Below are positions 52,771 through 62,739 of a DNA stretch of 64,000 nt, piece after piece (within the stretch, counting starts at the first letter, position 1; the number at the start of each line of letters is the position of its first letter). The DNA comes from Vicinamibacterales bacterium (lineage in GTDB: Bacteria > Acidobacteriota > Vicinamibacteria > Vicinamibacterales > UBA823). The DNA is taken from positions 31,717 through 95,716 of the forward strand of contig CBDANA010000008.1 in assembly GCA_965197385.1 (NCBI GenBank), in the 5' to 3' direction. A program made the position numbers and the translations under genes. A model generated the notes under the pieces. It had not been told where the DNA came from. It searched no databases and saw only the letters and a list, made by a program, of their open reading frames with translations.

Positions 52771-53763
52771 TCACTCGGTCGCGTCATCACCGCCGTTAGC
52801 GTCGTCAGTGTCGTCCGGGCCGCCGCCGCCCGCCGCCGGCTCACCGCGCGCCACGACGACCGGCGTCGGCCGCTCGTTGACCTCCAGGCGAAAGATGTCG
52901 GGCCGCGAGTAGTGCCCGACGACATCGAAGTCGTACTTGCCCCGCGTCAGGTCGCCCGCGTCCAGGTCAGCGGTCAGCAGGCACGGCCCCTCGTACTGCG
53001 GACCGGCCAGGAGCTGCCCGAACGGATTGATGATGCAGCTGCCGCCACGCGACACGATGGTCTGCGGGTCGTCGCCCTGGACCGTCGCGTAGTCGTCTGG
53101 AAAGTCCTTGCGCGTGGTGTACTGGTTCGCCGAGAGCACGAAACAGCGTCCTTCCATCGCGATGTGCCGCATGGACGCCAACCAGGTGTCGCGCTCGTCC
53201 GCCGTCGGGGCGCAGTAGATCTGGATTCCCTTGGAATACATGTGCAGCCGCATCGCCGGCATGTAGTTCTCCCAGCAGATCACCGCCCCGAGGCGGCCGA
53301 GCGGCGTGTCGAACACCGGCATGGTCGACCCGTCGCCGAATCCCCAGACCAGCCGCTCCGCCGCCGTCGGCATCAGCTTCCGGTGTTTCCCCATCAGCTG
53401 GCCGTCGGCACCGAAGAACAACACGGTGCAGTACAGCGTGCCTCCGTCCCGCTCGATGACGCCGATCACGAGATGGATACGATGCCGCTTCGCGACGGTG
53501 CCGATCCGATCCACGGCAGGACCTGGCACGTCCACGGCGCTGTTCCAGTACCGCAGAAAGTCATTCCGCCCGGCGGGCGTCCGCAGCCCGACCCGCGCGC
53601 CAAAGTCGAGCCCCTTCGGATAGCCGGAGACGAACGCTTCGGGAAACAGGACGAGCGTGGCGTCTGCGTCGGCGGCGCGAGCGGTCCAGTCGGCGACGAC
53701 CTCCAGCGTCCGATCGCGATCGAAGACGATGGGGGCGGCTTGCACGACGGCGACACGGGGCAT
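52771..53763 (-). CDS. Nitrilase (carbon-nitrogen hydrolase superfamily)
   Basis: ORF 52771..53877, start MPRVAVVQAAP (53763). ..LVLFPEAFVSGYP..GKHRKLMPT..ERL.WG.GDGS..VICWENYMP..R..MY..G..IY.APT.D.. shows the Glu-Lys-Cys triad context. It has an acidic low-complexity C-terminal tail. Confidence 0.9.
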   Translation of the reverse strand: MPRVAVVQAAPIVFDRDRTLEVVADWTARAADADATLVLFPEAFVSGYPKGLDFGARVGLRTPAGRNDFLRYWNSAVDVPGPAVDRIGTVAKRHRIHLVIGVIERDGGTLYCTVLFFGADGQLMGKHRKLMPTAAERLVWGFGDGSTMPVFDTPLGRLGAVICWENYMPAMRLHMYSKGIQIYCAPTADERDTWLASMRHIAMEGRCFVLSANQYTTRKDFPDDYATVQGDDPQTIVSRGGSCIINPFGQLLAGPQYEGPCLLTADLDAGDLTRGKYDFDVVGHYSRPDIFRLEVNERPTPVVVARGEPAAGGGGPDDTDDANGGDDATE

Positions 53764-53894
53764 GGCGAACACCTTTCTCCGAATGACCGAATGACCGGAC
53801 GCCCGGCGACGGCTGTATCGTAGTGACCGACCACCCAGAATTGCCCATGGTAAACTCGTCTTGGTTCGGCGGAGCATTCACACGGAGGACCGCC

Positions 53895-56063
53895 ATGCGC
53901 CGTATGTTGATCGGCATCTCCATCTGCCTGTGGGCGGTCGCCGCGTGGCCGCACGACGCCCAGGCTCAGCGCCGCGGCTTGCAGCCCGAGGATTACTACC
54001 GGGAAATCGGCGTCAGCCAGACCGCCATCTCGCCGGCCGGTGACCTCACCGCGTTCACGGTCATGACCATCGACGAGGACGAGAGCACGCGGCACCGTGA
54101 GATCTGGCTGCAGCCGTTGCGGGGCGCCGGGCCAGACGGCGAGCCGTTCCGCTTCACGGATCCAACGCAGGAATCGTCGGCACCCCGGTGGTCGCCGGAC
54201 GGCCGGATACTGTCGTTCCAGTCCAGCCGCGGCGACGACCCGAACACGACCTGGTTCGCCCGGGTGACGGCGCCGGGCGGCGAAGCGTATCACATCGACG
54301 GTGTTGACGGCGAGCCCGTTTGGTCACCCGACGGCGCCTGGATCGCATACGCGCCGGAGGCGGAGGCGGACGACACCGACGAGCGGCGCGGATGGATCGC
54401 GCCTGATGCGATCAGCCGAACGCTCGACGCCGAGCGGTTCGACGGACGGGTGATCACGTCGATGCGCTACAAGCGTGACGGCCGCTTGGTGATGCAGCCG
54501 CACCCGTCGATCGCCGAGAAAGCGCAGCTCTACGTCGTCGCCGCCGCTGGCGGCGAGCCGCAGCAATTGACGACCCTCGCATTCGACGTCGAGGGCATCG
54601 TCTGGTCGCCCGACTCGTCAAGGCTGTACTTCACCGGCGACGAGCTCGAGGACGACGAGCACAGCCCGGATCTGACGACCGACATCTACCTGATCGACCG
54701 GGAAGGCGGCGAGCCGCGCCGGCTCACGTCGAACCCCGGCGCTGAGCGTTCGGTCGCCCTCTCCGCCGACGGCACCTTTCTGGCCTACCTGGCGACGGCG
54801 GCGCGGGGTAAGGAGACCGAGATTAAGATCGTCCGGCTCAACACCCGCGGTCGCTTCAGCGGTGCCGCACGGACGCTGACGAACGACTGGCACCTGACGC
54901 CCGGCGCCCCGACCTGGACGCCCGAGGGGATGGTTCGGTTTCAGGCGGGGATCGGCGGCAGCGTGCACCTCTTCGAGGTGACGATCCAGGGCGGCCTGGT
55001 CCGGCAGGTTACCAGCGGCGCCCGCCGCGTCCAGAACCTCACGACCTCCGACGATGGCCAGGTGATGGCCTACACCGTCACCAACGCCGTGAGCCCAGCC
55101 GAGGCGTTCGTCGCGCGCAACGACGGCTCCGGCGAGCGGCGCCTCACGTCCTTCAACGACGCGTGGCTCGCCGACGTCGAGCTGATGCCGGCCGAACGCC
55201 TGTCCTGGTTCGTCGAGGACGGCAGCGAGATCGAAGGCTGGGTCATCAAACCGGTGGGCTATCAGCCCGGCACCCCGTATCCCATGGTGCTGAAGATCCA
55301 CGGCGGGCCCCACAGCGCCTACGGCGACACCTTCTTCCGGACGTTCCACGTGCTGTCCAGCGCCGGGTTCTTCGTGCTGTATCCGAATCCGCGCGGCTCG
55401 ACCGGCTACGGTCACACATTCACCTACGCCACACGCGGCCAGTGGGGCGAGCTCGATTCAGAGGACTACCTGGGCGGGTTAGACGCGGCGCTGGCCAAGT
55501 ATCCCGACATTGACCCGGAGCGGATCGGCGTGTCGGGCGGCAGCTACGGCGGCTTCATGACTAACTGGCTGACGGCGACGACCGATCGATTCGCGGCGGC
55601 CGTCACGAGCCGGTCGATCGCCAACTGGGAAAGCTGGTACGGCGCGTCCGACGCGCAGGGCCTCACGGAGTACGAGTTTCTCGGCGCGCCGTGGGAGCAG
55701 CGAGAACGCTACCGCCGGCTGTCGCCGATCTCCTACGTCGAGCAGGTGACCGCGCCGACACTCATCATCCACTCCGAGAACGACTACCGCACGCCGATCG
55801 CCGACGGCGAGCAGTGGTTCATGGCGCTCATGAAGCGTCAGGTGCCGGTCGAGCTGGTCCGCTACCCAAGATCGTCCCACGGACTCTCGAGAACCGGCGA
55901 GCCGTGGCTGCTCGTGGACCGGCTCGAGCGGATCAGGTCGTGGTTCGCCCACTGGTTGATCGACGAGCCTGCCGCGGCGCGCACGGATCAGTTCGGTGAC
56001 GACCGGCTCTTCGACCTCGAAAAACAGGTCACACAGGACTTCTTTAGCATGGAGCCGGTCTGA
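53895..56063 (+). CDS. S9-family serine peptidase (acylaminoacyl-peptidase/prolyl-oligopeptidase type) with an N-terminal beta-propeller
   Basis: ORF 53823..56063, start MRRMLIGISICLWAVAA (53895). PD40-like repeats (..WSPDGR..,..WSPDGA..,..WSPDSS..). The catalytic region reads ..GVSGGSYGGFM.. ..IIHSENDYR.P.. ..SSHG... Confidence 0.9.
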   Translation: MRRMLIGISICLWAVAAWPHDAQAQRRGLQPEDYYREIGVSQTAISPAGDLTAFTVMTIDEDESTRHREIWLQPLRGAGPDGEPFRFTDPTQESSAPRWSPDGRILSFQSSRGDDPNTTWFARVTAPGGEAYHIDGVDGEPVWSPDGAWIAYAPEAEADDTDERRGWIAPDAISRTLDAERFDGRVITSMRYKRDGRLVMQPHPSIAEKAQLYVVAAAGGEPQQLTTLAFDVEGIVWSPDSSRLYFTGDELEDDEHSPDLTTDIYLIDREGGEPRRLTSNPGAERSVALSADGTFLAYLATAARGKETEIKIVRLNTRGRFSGAARTLTNDWHLTPGAPTWTPEGMVRFQAGIGGSVHLFEVTIQGGLVRQVTSGARRVQNLTTSDDGQVMAYTVTNAVSPAEAFVARNDGSGERRLTSFNDAWLADVELMPAERLSWFVEDGSEIEGWVIKPVGYQPGTPYPMVLKIHGGPHSAYGDTFFRTFHVLSSAGFFVLYPNPRGSTGYGHTFTYATRGQWGELDSEDYLGGLDAALAKYPDIDPERIGVSGGSYGGFMTNWLTATTDRFAAAVTSRSIANWESWYGASDAQGLTEYEFLGAPWEQRERYRRLSPISYVEQVTAPTLIIHSENDYRTPIADGEQWFMALMKRQVPVELVRYPRSSHGLSRTGEPWLLVDRLERIRSWFAHWLIDEPAAARTDQFGDDRLFDLEKQVTQDFFSMEPV

Positions 56064-56097
56064 GGCCTTCGGTTTGGGCCGCACCGAGAGCCCAGAG

Positions 56098-57452
56098 TCA
56101 GGCCCGCACGATGCCGAGCGGCGGAGAGGTCCGCCACCGGCCGCGCGTGAAGTCTGGGAACGCCTGCGGACGGCTGCCGTCGGCCACGGATCGCTCGGAC
56201 AGCTCCGACACCGCGCTCAAGGCCGCCGCATCGTACACGTTCATGTCGGTCGGCAGCCCTTCGCGCAAGCACTTGATCAGTCGGTAGTCCTCCAGGAAAT
56301 CCATCCCCCGTGGGCCGCGCCGCGGGAGCGCCCGCCGATCTCTTGCCAGAGCGGGTGCTCGTACTCGTCGTAGTACGTCTCGGCCGCATCCCACTGGTGC
56401 TCGGCGCTCCGCCCTTCGACGTAGACGCGGTCGGGATAGCCCTGGAAGATCCCCTTGGTCCCCTGCACGAGGTTGATCCGACTGTAGGGCCGCGGCAAAT
56501 TCGTGTCGTGACTGAGGAAGATGGTGCGACCGGTGACAGTCCGGATCAGGCTGACGTTTACGTCCCCGAACGAATACGGCTCGCGGCGCTGCGGCGCGTC
56601 CGGCGGAAAGTGTGCCTCCGCGTAATCTCTGAGCCCGCGGGCGTTGCTGCTCATCGACGCCAGAAAGTCGAACCGATCGTCGCGATTGATGTCCATGCAA
56701 TTGGCGACCGGCCCCAGTCCATGCGTAGGATACAGGTTCCCGTTGCGCGCGATCGAATGCGCACGGCGCAGAGCCCCTCGTTCGCGTTTTCGAACTTCAC
56801 CTCCCGCAGATCGTGCAGGTAGCCGCATTCGCCGTGCAGGATTTCTCCGAACACACCCTGGCGCACCATGTTGAACACCATCATCCATCTCGGCGCGCCC
56901 GTAGTTCACGTTCTCCATCATCACGCAGTGTTTCTGCGTGCGCTCCGCGGTCTCGACGAGCTGCCAGCAGTCGTCGACCGTCACGGCGGCCGGGACCTCG
57001 GTGGCGGCATGCTTGCCGTTCGTCATCGCAACCACGCAGACGGGAACGTGCCATCGCCACGGCGTTGCCGTGAACACGAGATCGAGATCTTCCTCCTGGC
57101 ACATCCGCTCGAAGTCGTGCTCGCCGCGGACGTAGCCGCGCGGTCTGGGCTGCCCCGCGTCCTCGGCCCAGCCCTGCACCCGCGTTACCTTCTCCTCAAC
57201 GATATCGCACACGGCGGCGAGGCGCACGCCCTCGATCCGGAGGAGGTTCCGGCAATGCGAGGAGCCCTGGAGGCCCACGCCGACAAACCCGATTCGCACG
57301 AGGTCGATCGGTGGCGCGGCGAACGGCCGCTCCGGCGCTGGCGCCAGTCGCCGTTGCTGGCCGGCGGCGGCCGCCCGCGGATTAACGATCGCGGCGCCGA
57401 GGCCCGCTGCACCCAGGCCGATGAACGCTCGACGATCAAACCGTGTCACCAT
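56098..57452 (-). pseudogene. Tat-signal Gfo/Idh/MocA-family oxidoreductase (glycoside-hydrolase-109-like) broken by three frameshifts
   Basis: MVTRFDRRAFIGLGAAGLGAA.. ..RIGFVGVGLQGSSH.. ..[13 protein letters not shown] | [38 protein letters not shown] | [37 protein letters not shown]...YEHPLW...AHGG | MDFLEDYRLIKCLREGLPTDMNVYDAAALSAVSELSE..FPDFTRGRW. The consecutive pieces lie in three different frames (ORFs 56277..57452, 56651..56884, 56098..56700). Confidence 0.85.
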
Positions 57453-57476
57453 GACGTCTCCTTCTCAGTCACTTAC

Positions 57477-59897
57477 TCACTGACGGCTCGGCGTCGTTCC
57501 GGTCTCTGTCCGCGTCGCCTTCAGCACCCGATCGAACAGCTTGACGCGGCGTCGCATCACATCGAGCCGATCGTACTCTTCCCCGCGCAGGCTGTGCGCC
57601 TCGATCGGATAAATCATGATCTCCCAGTTCTCTTTCTTCAGCTCGAGCAAGCGCTGCGCCAGCCGCACCGAATCCTGGAAGTGCACGTTGTCGTCCTGCA
57701 CGCCATGCTGGATCAACAGGTGATCCTGCAGCCCGTCGGCGAAGTAGATCGGCGAGCTCCGCTCGTAGGCCATCGTGTCGTTGTACGGGCTGTTCAGGAT
57801 GCGGGTCGTGTACCCATGGTTGTAGTGCGCCCAGTCGGTGACCGGAGCCCTGACCGCGCCGGCGGCGAACACGCCAGGGTGCTTGAACATCGCCATCAAG
57901 GTATAGAAGCCGCCATAGCTGCCGCCAAACAGGCCGATCCGCGACCGGTCGACGTTTAGCTCGCGCACCAGATACTCGACCGCGGCCAAGCCACTCTTGA
58001 TCTCCGTTTCGCCCATGTGGCGGTAGATGCCCGTGCGGAAGTCTCGTCCGTACCCGCGACTCCCGCGATAGTCGACGCTCATCACGATGTAGCCTTCCTG
58101 CACGAGGTAATGCAGGAAGGGCCGCATACCCGACCACCGCCGGGAGACGCCCTGCGCCCAGCCGGCACCGTGCACGTAGATCACGGCGGGGCGCGCGGGA
58201 TGCACGCGGTCCGGCACGAACAGGTCGGCATAAATCGTGTGTCCCTCACCGTCGTCGAACGTCACGATCTCGTTGGCTTGCCACGCGTGGCGGCGAAACT
58301 CCTCCTTGATCGAATCGGTGAGCTGCGTCGGTTCGGCGCTCACCTCAAAGTTAGACTGGCTCGCCATGACGAACAGATCCCCAGGCGAGGTCTGGTTCGA
58401 GTACGTCAACGCCACATGCCGCTCATCCGGTGACAGCACGTAGGTGTACCAGCCGGAGTTCTGCGTCAGCCGGGTGCGCGCACCGCCTTCCAAAGGCATC
58501 GAGTACAGCTGATGCTCGCCTGGATGCACCTCGTTCGAGATGAAGTGCCAGCGTGTCCGGTCCGCTGACATCCTGAGATCGGTCAGTTCGAACGCACCGC
58601 GTGTGAGCTGCGTGGTCGCGCCGCCATCCACGTCAGTCACATACAGGTGGTAGTCGCCGTCCCGCTCCGACAAGAAGTAGACACGTTCGCTGTCGGGCAT
58701 CCATCCGTACGCGATGCCGTCGCCCCGGGACAACCGGCCGGCACGGAAGCCCCGCACCCAGGCGTCGTCCCGTTCGTGCACGATCGTCCGAGACGCGCCG
58801 GTCGTGAGGTCGAGCAGCAGCAGCCACGCGTCCTTGTGATCGACGGCGCCCGCCCAGACCACGGCGCGCCGGCCGTCGGGCGACCAGACTGGCGCGTTAA
58901 CGTTGACCGCCCGTTCACCCTGCCCCTGGTCGATCCAGGTCACGGTCCCGTCGGTCAGGTCGACGGCACCCAGCCGGTAGTGCATCACCGGCTCGCCGGC
59001 CTTCACGCGCCCGGCGCCCGTCTCGCGGCTCAGGGTCTGCATTTCCACGAAGCCGCTCTCGGTCACGTACTTCGGCATCTCGACGACCTGGCCATCCCGA
59101 GCGTCGGACCGATCGGCGAGGATGAACGTGACCCAGCGCCCATCCGGCGACAACTCGAGCTCGGAGACGCGCTCGCCCTCCTGCAGATACACGGGATCCG
59201 GCCGGGCTCCACGTTCCGCCTTCTCGCGCGTCTTGCGCTCCGCCTCCAGCCGCTCAGTCTTGCGCACGTAGTCGAAGAGATCGCGCTGCTGCTGCTCGAG
59301 GTACTCCTGCAGCGGTGTGCCTTCCGGATCCGCGTCAGGGTCCGGACCGGCCTGAAAGTTCGTGACCTGGCGCACCCGACCGCCCTCGAGCGCCGCCTCA
59401 AACAGGTTCTGCCCGCGCTCGAACGTCATGGCCTGCCCGTCGAACGTGAACCGCGGGTTGCGTTCCGTCGCCTCCGTGTCGGTCATCTGCCGGGAGGTCC
59501 CATCTGCCCCGGCGACGAAAATGTCCCCGCCGGCCACGTACACCTTGCGCGTGCCGGCACGATCGCGCTCGCCGGCGACGGCCGGCACGAACCGCCGACG
59601 GTCGGGCGGGACCTTCGTGGGCGTCCCGCCGCCCCGCGGGACGACATACAGCTCGGGCAGGTCGGCTGCCTCCGGATTCCACATGAAGTAGATCGACTCG
59701 CTATCTTCTGACCACCGCACCTGCGTGGGCGGCGCGCCGATCCAGGCCGCCTGGTCCTGCGCAATACCTTCCAGCGTCAGTCGCGCAGCCGACCCGCGCT
59801 CCTGCGCGGTGGACAGCCCAACCCCGACAGTGACGACCAACCCGCACACCACGTACCGACGAAGCAGCGCCGTCCCCATGAGTAGCTCCTTTGTCAC
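57477..59897 (-). CDS. S9-family serine peptidase (DPP-IV-like) with an N-terminal beta-propeller
   Basis: 806 aa with a signal peptide; ..GLFGGSYGGFYTLMA.. (GxSxG) and ..LLIQHGVQDDNVHFQDS.. ..IEAHSL... Confidence 0.9.
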   Translation of the reverse strand: MTKELLMGTALLRRYVVCGLVVTVGVGLSTAQERGSAARLTLEGIAQDQAAWIGAPPTQVRWSEDSESIYFMWNPEAADLPELYVVPRGGGTPTKVPPDRRRFVPAVAGERDRAGTRKVYVAGGDIFVAGADGTSRQMTDTEATERNPRFTFDGQAMTFERGQNLFEAALEGGRVRQVTNFQAGPDPDADPEGTPLQEYLEQQQRDLFDYVRKTERLEAERKTREKAERGARPDPVYLQEGERVSELELSPDGRWVTFILADRSDARDGQVVEMPKYVTESGFVEMQTLSRETGAGRVKAGEPVMHYRLGAVDLTDGTVTWIDQGQGERAVNVNAPVWSPDGRRAVVWAGAVDHKDAWLLLLDLTTGASRTIVHERDDAWVRGFRAGRLSRGDGIAYGWMPDSERVYFLSERDGDYHLYVTDVDGGATTQLTRGAFELTDLRMSADRTRWHFISNEVHPGEHQLYSMPLEGGARTRLTQNSGWYTYVLSPDERHVALTYSNQTSPGDLFVMASQSNFEVSAEPTQLTDSIKEEFRRHAWQANEIVTFDDGEGHTIYADLFVPDRVHPARPAVIYVHGAGWAQGVSRRWSGMRPFLHYLVQEGYIVMSVDYRGSRGYGRDFRTGIYRHMGETEIKSGLAAVEYLVRELNVDRSRIGLFGGSYGGFYTLMAMFKHPGVFAAGAVRAPVTDWAHYNHGYTTRILNSPYNDTMAYERSSPIYFADGLQDHLLIQHGVQDDNVHFQDSVRLAQRLLELKKENWEIMIYPIEAHSLRGEEYDRLDVMRRRVKLFDRVLKATRTETGTTPSRQ

Positions 59898-59921
59898 ATC
59901 ACCGCGGAACGCGTGACCCGG

Positions 59922-61505
59922 CTACGGGGCCGAGACGGCCGTCCCCATCTCCTGCATGATCTGGAGCGCCGACACGCCCACCCAGCAATGCCCTTCGCCG
60001 GGTCCGTAGACAATCCGGCCCGCGTACGGCGGGTCGGCGCTGGCGAGGAACTCGTCGAGCAGGTGCACCGCGTTGTTCAGGAAATAGTTGTCCGCGTCCC
60101 CGATCCAGATGTTGATCTTACCCCGCAGCTTCGGTCCGAGTTCGCTCCAGTCCCGTTCGAGCACGCGGCGCACGTCGTAGCGCTCCCAGTGAACGAGCAC
60201 GTCCCGGTCGATCGTTCCAGTTGTGGGATCCCAGAGCGGCACGGGCCGTCCGTCGTCTCCCCGGGGGCCGTACGTCGCGTTCCAGGCGCCCCATTGACGG
60301 CCAGACATCGTCCAGCTGTCCCCCGACCCGATGAGATTCTCCAGACGCGCCTCGTGGCGCATCGTGAACCGCACGTCGCCATCGACGTCGCGCGCGCTCG
60401 GGCGCTCGAACCCTCGATCGTTGACGTAGGCGTTGTCGTCCGCGTAGATGTCGATCAACTGAAAGGCGCGGAAGTCCACGCCATCCGGACAGTACGACCA
60501 GGCGCCGTTGAAAAAGTCGGGGTAGAACACCTGCAGCGCCAGCGATACCCAGCCGCCCGTCGATCCCCCGTCGAGCACCCGCGCGTGCGGGCGTCCGATG
60601 GCACGAAACTCGCGCTCGACATGTGGAATGAGCTCCTGCGTGATCGCGCTCCCATACGGACCGTGGTTCGCCGAGTTCACCTGGTAGGGGTCACCGAACG
60701 GCCCGTCGCCATCCAGATGCAGCAGGATCATCCGTGGCGCGGCGTCCGACAGCCACGCCTCGCGAAACTCGGGGTCGTCGGTCATCATTCGCTGCACCCG
60801 CGTGTATCGCGACCCGTACCCCCCGATCCGCACCCGCAGCGGGTAGCGCCGCTCGGGCTCCTGTTCGTAATCGCGGGGCAGGATGACGCCGGCCCGCAGG
60901 TAGATCGGGCGACCGTGGAATTCGCTGAGCAGCGACGAATGCAGCTTGACGAACCGAAGATACTCGGTCGGCTCCGGCAGGACCTCGTCCGGCACGCGGT
61001 GCGTGAGCTCCAGCTCGACCGACGCCCCCGCCAATGGATCGACTGATGGATCGACGCGGACGTCCCACACGTCGCTATAAAGATTGCCCGGCGCGTTCGG
61101 CGACTTCAGATCGATGTTGGAATCGAACAGCGCCTGCACCCGATAGTCGCCGGCCTCCAACGCGTCGAGGCTGACCACCGGAAATCCGTACGCCGTCGCA
61201 TCGACGACGTGTCGGCTGCCGGGCCGGACATCAGCGACGTCCACGGCGAAGATCGGCGCCGAATCCACTCCGGTCCGTCCGATGAGCTGTCGGGGTTCGG
61301 CCGCCCCTGGAGGACCGAGCACGACGAACAGCCGCCCCTCGTTCCGGCTCGGCCGCTGACCGGCACCGACCGTGATCTCGAACCGAACGCCGGCCGCCGC
61401 GTCGCCCTGAGCCTGAGCCTGACCCGACACCGCACGCTCCGCCGTGAGGACAAACACGAGCGGCAGCGCTATCAGCAGACTGGTGACACGAGGGAAACGG
61501 TGCAT
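59922..61505 (-). CDS. Secreted alpha/beta-hydrolase of the 'putative esterase' (enterochelin-esterase-like) type
   Basis: 527 aa with a signal peptide; ..RVLDGGSTGGWVSLALQVFYPDFFNGAWSY.. is the nucleophile-elbow context. AAGGAG lies 6 nt upstream of the ATG at 61505. Confidence 0.65.
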   Translation of the reverse strand: MHRFPRVTSLLIALPLVFVLTAERAVSGQAQAQGDAAAGVRFEITVGAGQRPSRNEGRLFVVLGPPGAAEPRQLIGRTGVDSAPIFAVDVADVRPGSRHVVDATAYGFPVVSLDALEAGDYRVQALFDSNIDLKSPNAPGNLYSDVWDVRVDPSVDPLAGASVELELTHRVPDEVLPEPTEYLRFVKLHSSLLSEFHGRPIYLRAGVILPRDYEQEPERRYPLRVRIGGYGSRYTRVQRMMTDDPEFREAWLSDAAPRMILLHLDGDGPFGDPYQVNSANHGPYGSAITQELIPHVEREFRAIGRPHARVLDGGSTGGWVSLALQVFYPDFFNGAWSYCPDGVDFRAFQLIDIYADDNAYVNDRGFERPSARDVDGDVRFTMRHEARLENLIGSGDSWTMSGRQWGAWNATYGPRGDDGRPVPLWDPTTGTIDRDVLVHWERYDVRRVLERDWSELGPKLRGKINIWIGDADNYFLNNAVHLLDEFLASADPPYAGRIVYGPGEGHCWVGVSALQIMQEMGTAVSAP

Positions 61506-61517
61506 GCAGGCTCCTTC

Positions 61518-61527
61518 GGGGGGGGGG
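61518..61527. repeat. G10 (C10 on the esterase strand) homopolymer in the divergent promoter/leader region
   Basis: Counted directly. It sits 13-22 nt upstream of the esterase ATG and ~95 nt upstream of the TAXI gene start. Confidence 0.95.
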
Positions 61528-61622
61528 CGTCTCGAGCGTCAACTCATGCTACCGCAGGCCTGAAGCGAACGGTAGAACGGCCTGCAGTCCGTGGTGCGAG
61601 CCAGCTACCGACAGCGTGTAGA

Positions 61623-62660
61623 ATGAGGATCCTCATGAGCGAACTGCTGGGGCGGACCCGCAGGCGAGCCGCGGCCGCACTGATCGTCGCGCTCGCGGCG
61701 CTGGCCATCGGCGCCTGCAACCCGCAGGAACTGGCCCAGCAGGCCAGCCCGACGCGGTGGCTCTCGGTGGCGACGGGCGGCACGGGCGGCGTGTACTACC
61801 CGTTTGGCGGCGGCATCGCCAAGGTCCTCAGCGACCATCTCGAGAACATCGAGGCCACGGCGGAGGTGACCGCCGGCACGGTCGACAACTTGAAGTTCCT
61901 CAGCGAGCGCAGTGCGGACATTGCGTTCGCCCTGGCCGATTCGCTGCGCGACGCGGTGGCGGGCGAAGGGGTCTTCGCCGAATTCGGCGCCGTCCCGGCG
62001 CGGTCGCTCGCCGTGCTCTACACGAACTACACGCACATCGTCACGCTGGAGGGGACCGGCATCGAACGCATCGCCGGCCTGCACGGTCGCGTCGTGTCCA
62101 CCGGGGCGCCCGGAAGTGGTACGGAGATCATCGCGTTCCGCGTCCTCGAAGCCGCCGGCCTCGATTCAGACACCGACGTCAGCCGGCAGAGCCTAGGCGC
62201 CTCGCAGTCGGTCGGCGCCCTCAAGGACGGCAAGATCGACGCGTTCTTCTGGAGCGGCGGTCTGCCGACCGGCGCGATCCTCGATCTGGCGACGACGCCC
62301 GGCATGACGCTCCGGCTCGTGCCGAGCGACGACGTCCTGCCGATCCTGCAAGCGCGCTACGGCGACACCGTCTATCACGAGATCGTCGTACCACAATCCG
62401 CCTATCCCGACCTCGAGGCGGACGTCCGCGTCGTCGGCGTCTCGAACATTCTCGCCGTCCACGAGTCGATGCCGGACGATCTGGCGTACGACATCACGCG
62501 GATCCTGTTCGAGCGCCAGGCAGAGCTGGCAGCCATTCACGTGGAAGCGGAGCACCTGGTGATCGACACCGCGGTGGTTGGGTCGCCCACGGCATTCCAC
62601 GCCGGCGCCATCCGGTACTACCAGGAGCAGAACGTCTGGTCCGGCGCCGACGAGTTCTAA
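61623..62660 (+). CDS. TAXI-family TRAP transporter solute-binding lipoprotein
   Basis: Lies within ORF 61209..62660. Start MRILMSELLGRTRRRAAAALIVALAALAIGAC (lipobox). ..SVATGGTGGVYYPFGGGIAKV..TAGTVDNL.....ADIAFALAD..TGAPGSGTE..DAFFWSGGLPT.. Confidence 0.88.
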   Translation: MRILMSELLGRTRRRAAAALIVALAALAIGACNPQELAQQASPTRWLSVATGGTGGVYYPFGGGIAKVLSDHLENIEATAEVTAGTVDNLKFLSERSADIAFALADSLRDAVAGEGVFAEFGAVPARSLAVLYTNYTHIVTLEGTGIERIAGLHGRVVSTGAPGSGTEIIAFRVLEAAGLDSDTDVSRQSLGASQSVGALKDGKIDAFFWSGGLPTGAILDLATTPGMTLRLVPSDDVLPILQARYGDTVYHEIVVPQSAYPDLEADVRVVGVSNILAVHESMPDDLAYDITRILFERQAELAAIHVEAEHLVIDTAVVGSPTAFHAGAIRYYQEQNVWSGADEF

Positions 62661-62739
62661 CAGCCCGTCCCGGGACCTCATCCTGGAACCAACAGCGCGC
62701 GATCCCGTCGTCGACGCTCCGGACGATCCTGAATCCGAA

